Below are positions 62,730 through 64,000 of a stretch of DNA of 64,000 bases, one piece after another; positions within the stretch are counted from its first letter, which is position 1; the number at the start of each line of letters is the position of its first letter. This DNA is from Phoronis australis (lineage: Eukaryota; Animalia; Phoronida). A program made the translations under genes and the position numbers. The stretch covers positions 307,981 to 371,980 of the forward strand of contig NMRA01000146.1 of the NCBI GenBank assembly GCA_002633005.1, written 5' to 3'. The notes beneath the pieces are model-generated. The model had not been told where the DNA came from and did no database searches. It saw nothing but the letters and a program-made list of their open reading frames with translations.

Positions 62730-63200
62730 ACCGTGATATGAGAACTAGGCTCCCTATACATTCAGATCTGAAATTTGATTCCTACAACGACGTTTGACGT
62801 ATACTCCCGTACAGCGATATCTGAAATATGCTCTGTGCAGTTATCACTGAAATAAGCACCGTATAGTGAACCCTGAAATGTGCTCTCACTGTGATATCTG
62901 ACGTATGCTCCCTGCACTGACGTAGGAAGTATCCTCCGTACAGTGGTATTCGATGGATGCTCCCAACAGCGATACCTGTGGTATGCTACCTACCGTAAAA
63001 CCTAAACTACACTTCCTACAGTGACACATGAAGGAAGCTACCTAACGTAATATTTGAAGTACGCTCTCTAGAGACACATCTGAAGTTTATTCCCTACAGT
63101 GATATCCGAATTTCTTCACTACTATGATACCTGAAGTGCACCCCCTGCAGAGAAATATTAAGAGCGCTCCCTATATTGTTACGCAATGATATCTGAAGTA
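62730..63200. repeat. ~28-bp minisatellite beside a class-A exon
   Basis: Repeats of CAGTGATATCTGAAGTATGCTCC. Confidence 0.8.
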
Positions 63201-63320
63201 TGCCCTCGACTTTGGATATTATTGCCTTTGATGTTTGTCGTTGAATCAGTGTTAAAATCTCAACATGTGTAAAAACTGTCGTCGCTGCACAAAAGTCTAG
63301 TTCCACAAAAACGAACTCAC

Positions 63321-63641
63321 AGAATACGGTTGCGGTAAGTTGTCTAGTAACAGTCTGTTGAGTCAAATTATTTACAGCTGTGCAGCTAAGCTTCATTCCA
63401 TCTATGCTCCGGTCTACTGATAAGACTGAAGAGTAGCTTGTAGAGCCGTTGATTGTGTAGGAAGTTGACGGGTAGGAAGTAGTCAAATTGGACGAGAACC
63501 AAGTCACCGAAGCAGCAGGATACACGTGGTCCGTAATGCAACTGATGTTACTGTTCTCAGCAATCGACACTTTGTCCGCCTTATCGTTGATGTACGTGAG
63601 ACTTGGGCTAAAAATCGCAAATGCCAGTCTTGTAGGTCCAC
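63321..63641 (-). CDS. Ig-like exon (class A)
   Basis: tttccag| GPTRLAF...NISCITDHVYPAASVTW...LSCTAVN...TVF T|gtgagt; 321 nt, phase 1-1; ~94% identical to 54409-54729. Confidence 0.9.
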
Positions 63642-64000
63642 CTGGAAATAAGGTAAAACGTTGTATGCATAACCCTTATCTAAGAGGTTGCAATTAGTAA
63701 TGAAATATAATCAGAAATATACACACTTGATTGCGGAAGTGAAAAAAAAGACTTGTTTAAATAGAGGTTTGGTTGTTGCTCTGATAAAAGGCTTTACAGG
63801 TTATTGGGATTGTCCAATCCCAAAGCATTGCCATACGATTGGCCAATAGTAAAGCATTGCCTCCGGTTGGCCAATCGTAAAGCAGGTGATTGCACGTCAT
63901 GGAATGAACTGTCATTTCTTCCATGCATACAGTGGCGGATTTAGGGGCTCGAATTTCTGAGAACGTAAACCTTTCACTAAAAAGGAGGCCTAAAAAGCAC

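Larger units (their letters stand above)
16941..63641 (-). other. Multi-exon gene span: Ig-repeat/TSP1 type-I membrane protein with dynein-MTBD-like tail (5' end outside window)
   Basis: 14 same-strand coding exons, all joinable in phase 1 with canonical GT-AG. Only one TM/stop exon and no intervening signal-peptide exon recognised. About 1810 aa within the window if all are used. Confidence 0.7.

Overview
Repeat-rich eukaryotic (animal, probably invertebrate) genomic DNA with spliceosomal introns; most ORF-track entries are spurious. Two convergent intron-containing genes are visible. (1) On +, the last three exons of a MAM-domain type-I membrane protein (3742-5908). (2) On -, a large receptor-like gene entering from beyond the right edge: 12 intact symmetric phase-1 Ig-like exons (63641 to 29381; most belong to three duplicated classes A/B/C, plus decayed copies), one TSP1 exon (19345-19157) and a terminal exon (18205-16941). 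The terminal exon encodes a transmembrane helix, a helical region and a segment resembling the dynein heavy-chain stalk microtubule-binding domain. This Ig(n)-TSP1-TM-MTBD-like architecture is the most notable feature. Introns and intergenic DNA hold a decayed full-length Gypsy LTR element (11316-15704), a Kolobok-like THAP relic, an Academ-like element with a nested TTAA-flanked DNA transposon, a CMC/EnSpm-like element with satellite arrays, hAT-like MITEs, a LINE relic and duplications at assembly gaps. All homology calls are by-eye motif recognition, not database searches.
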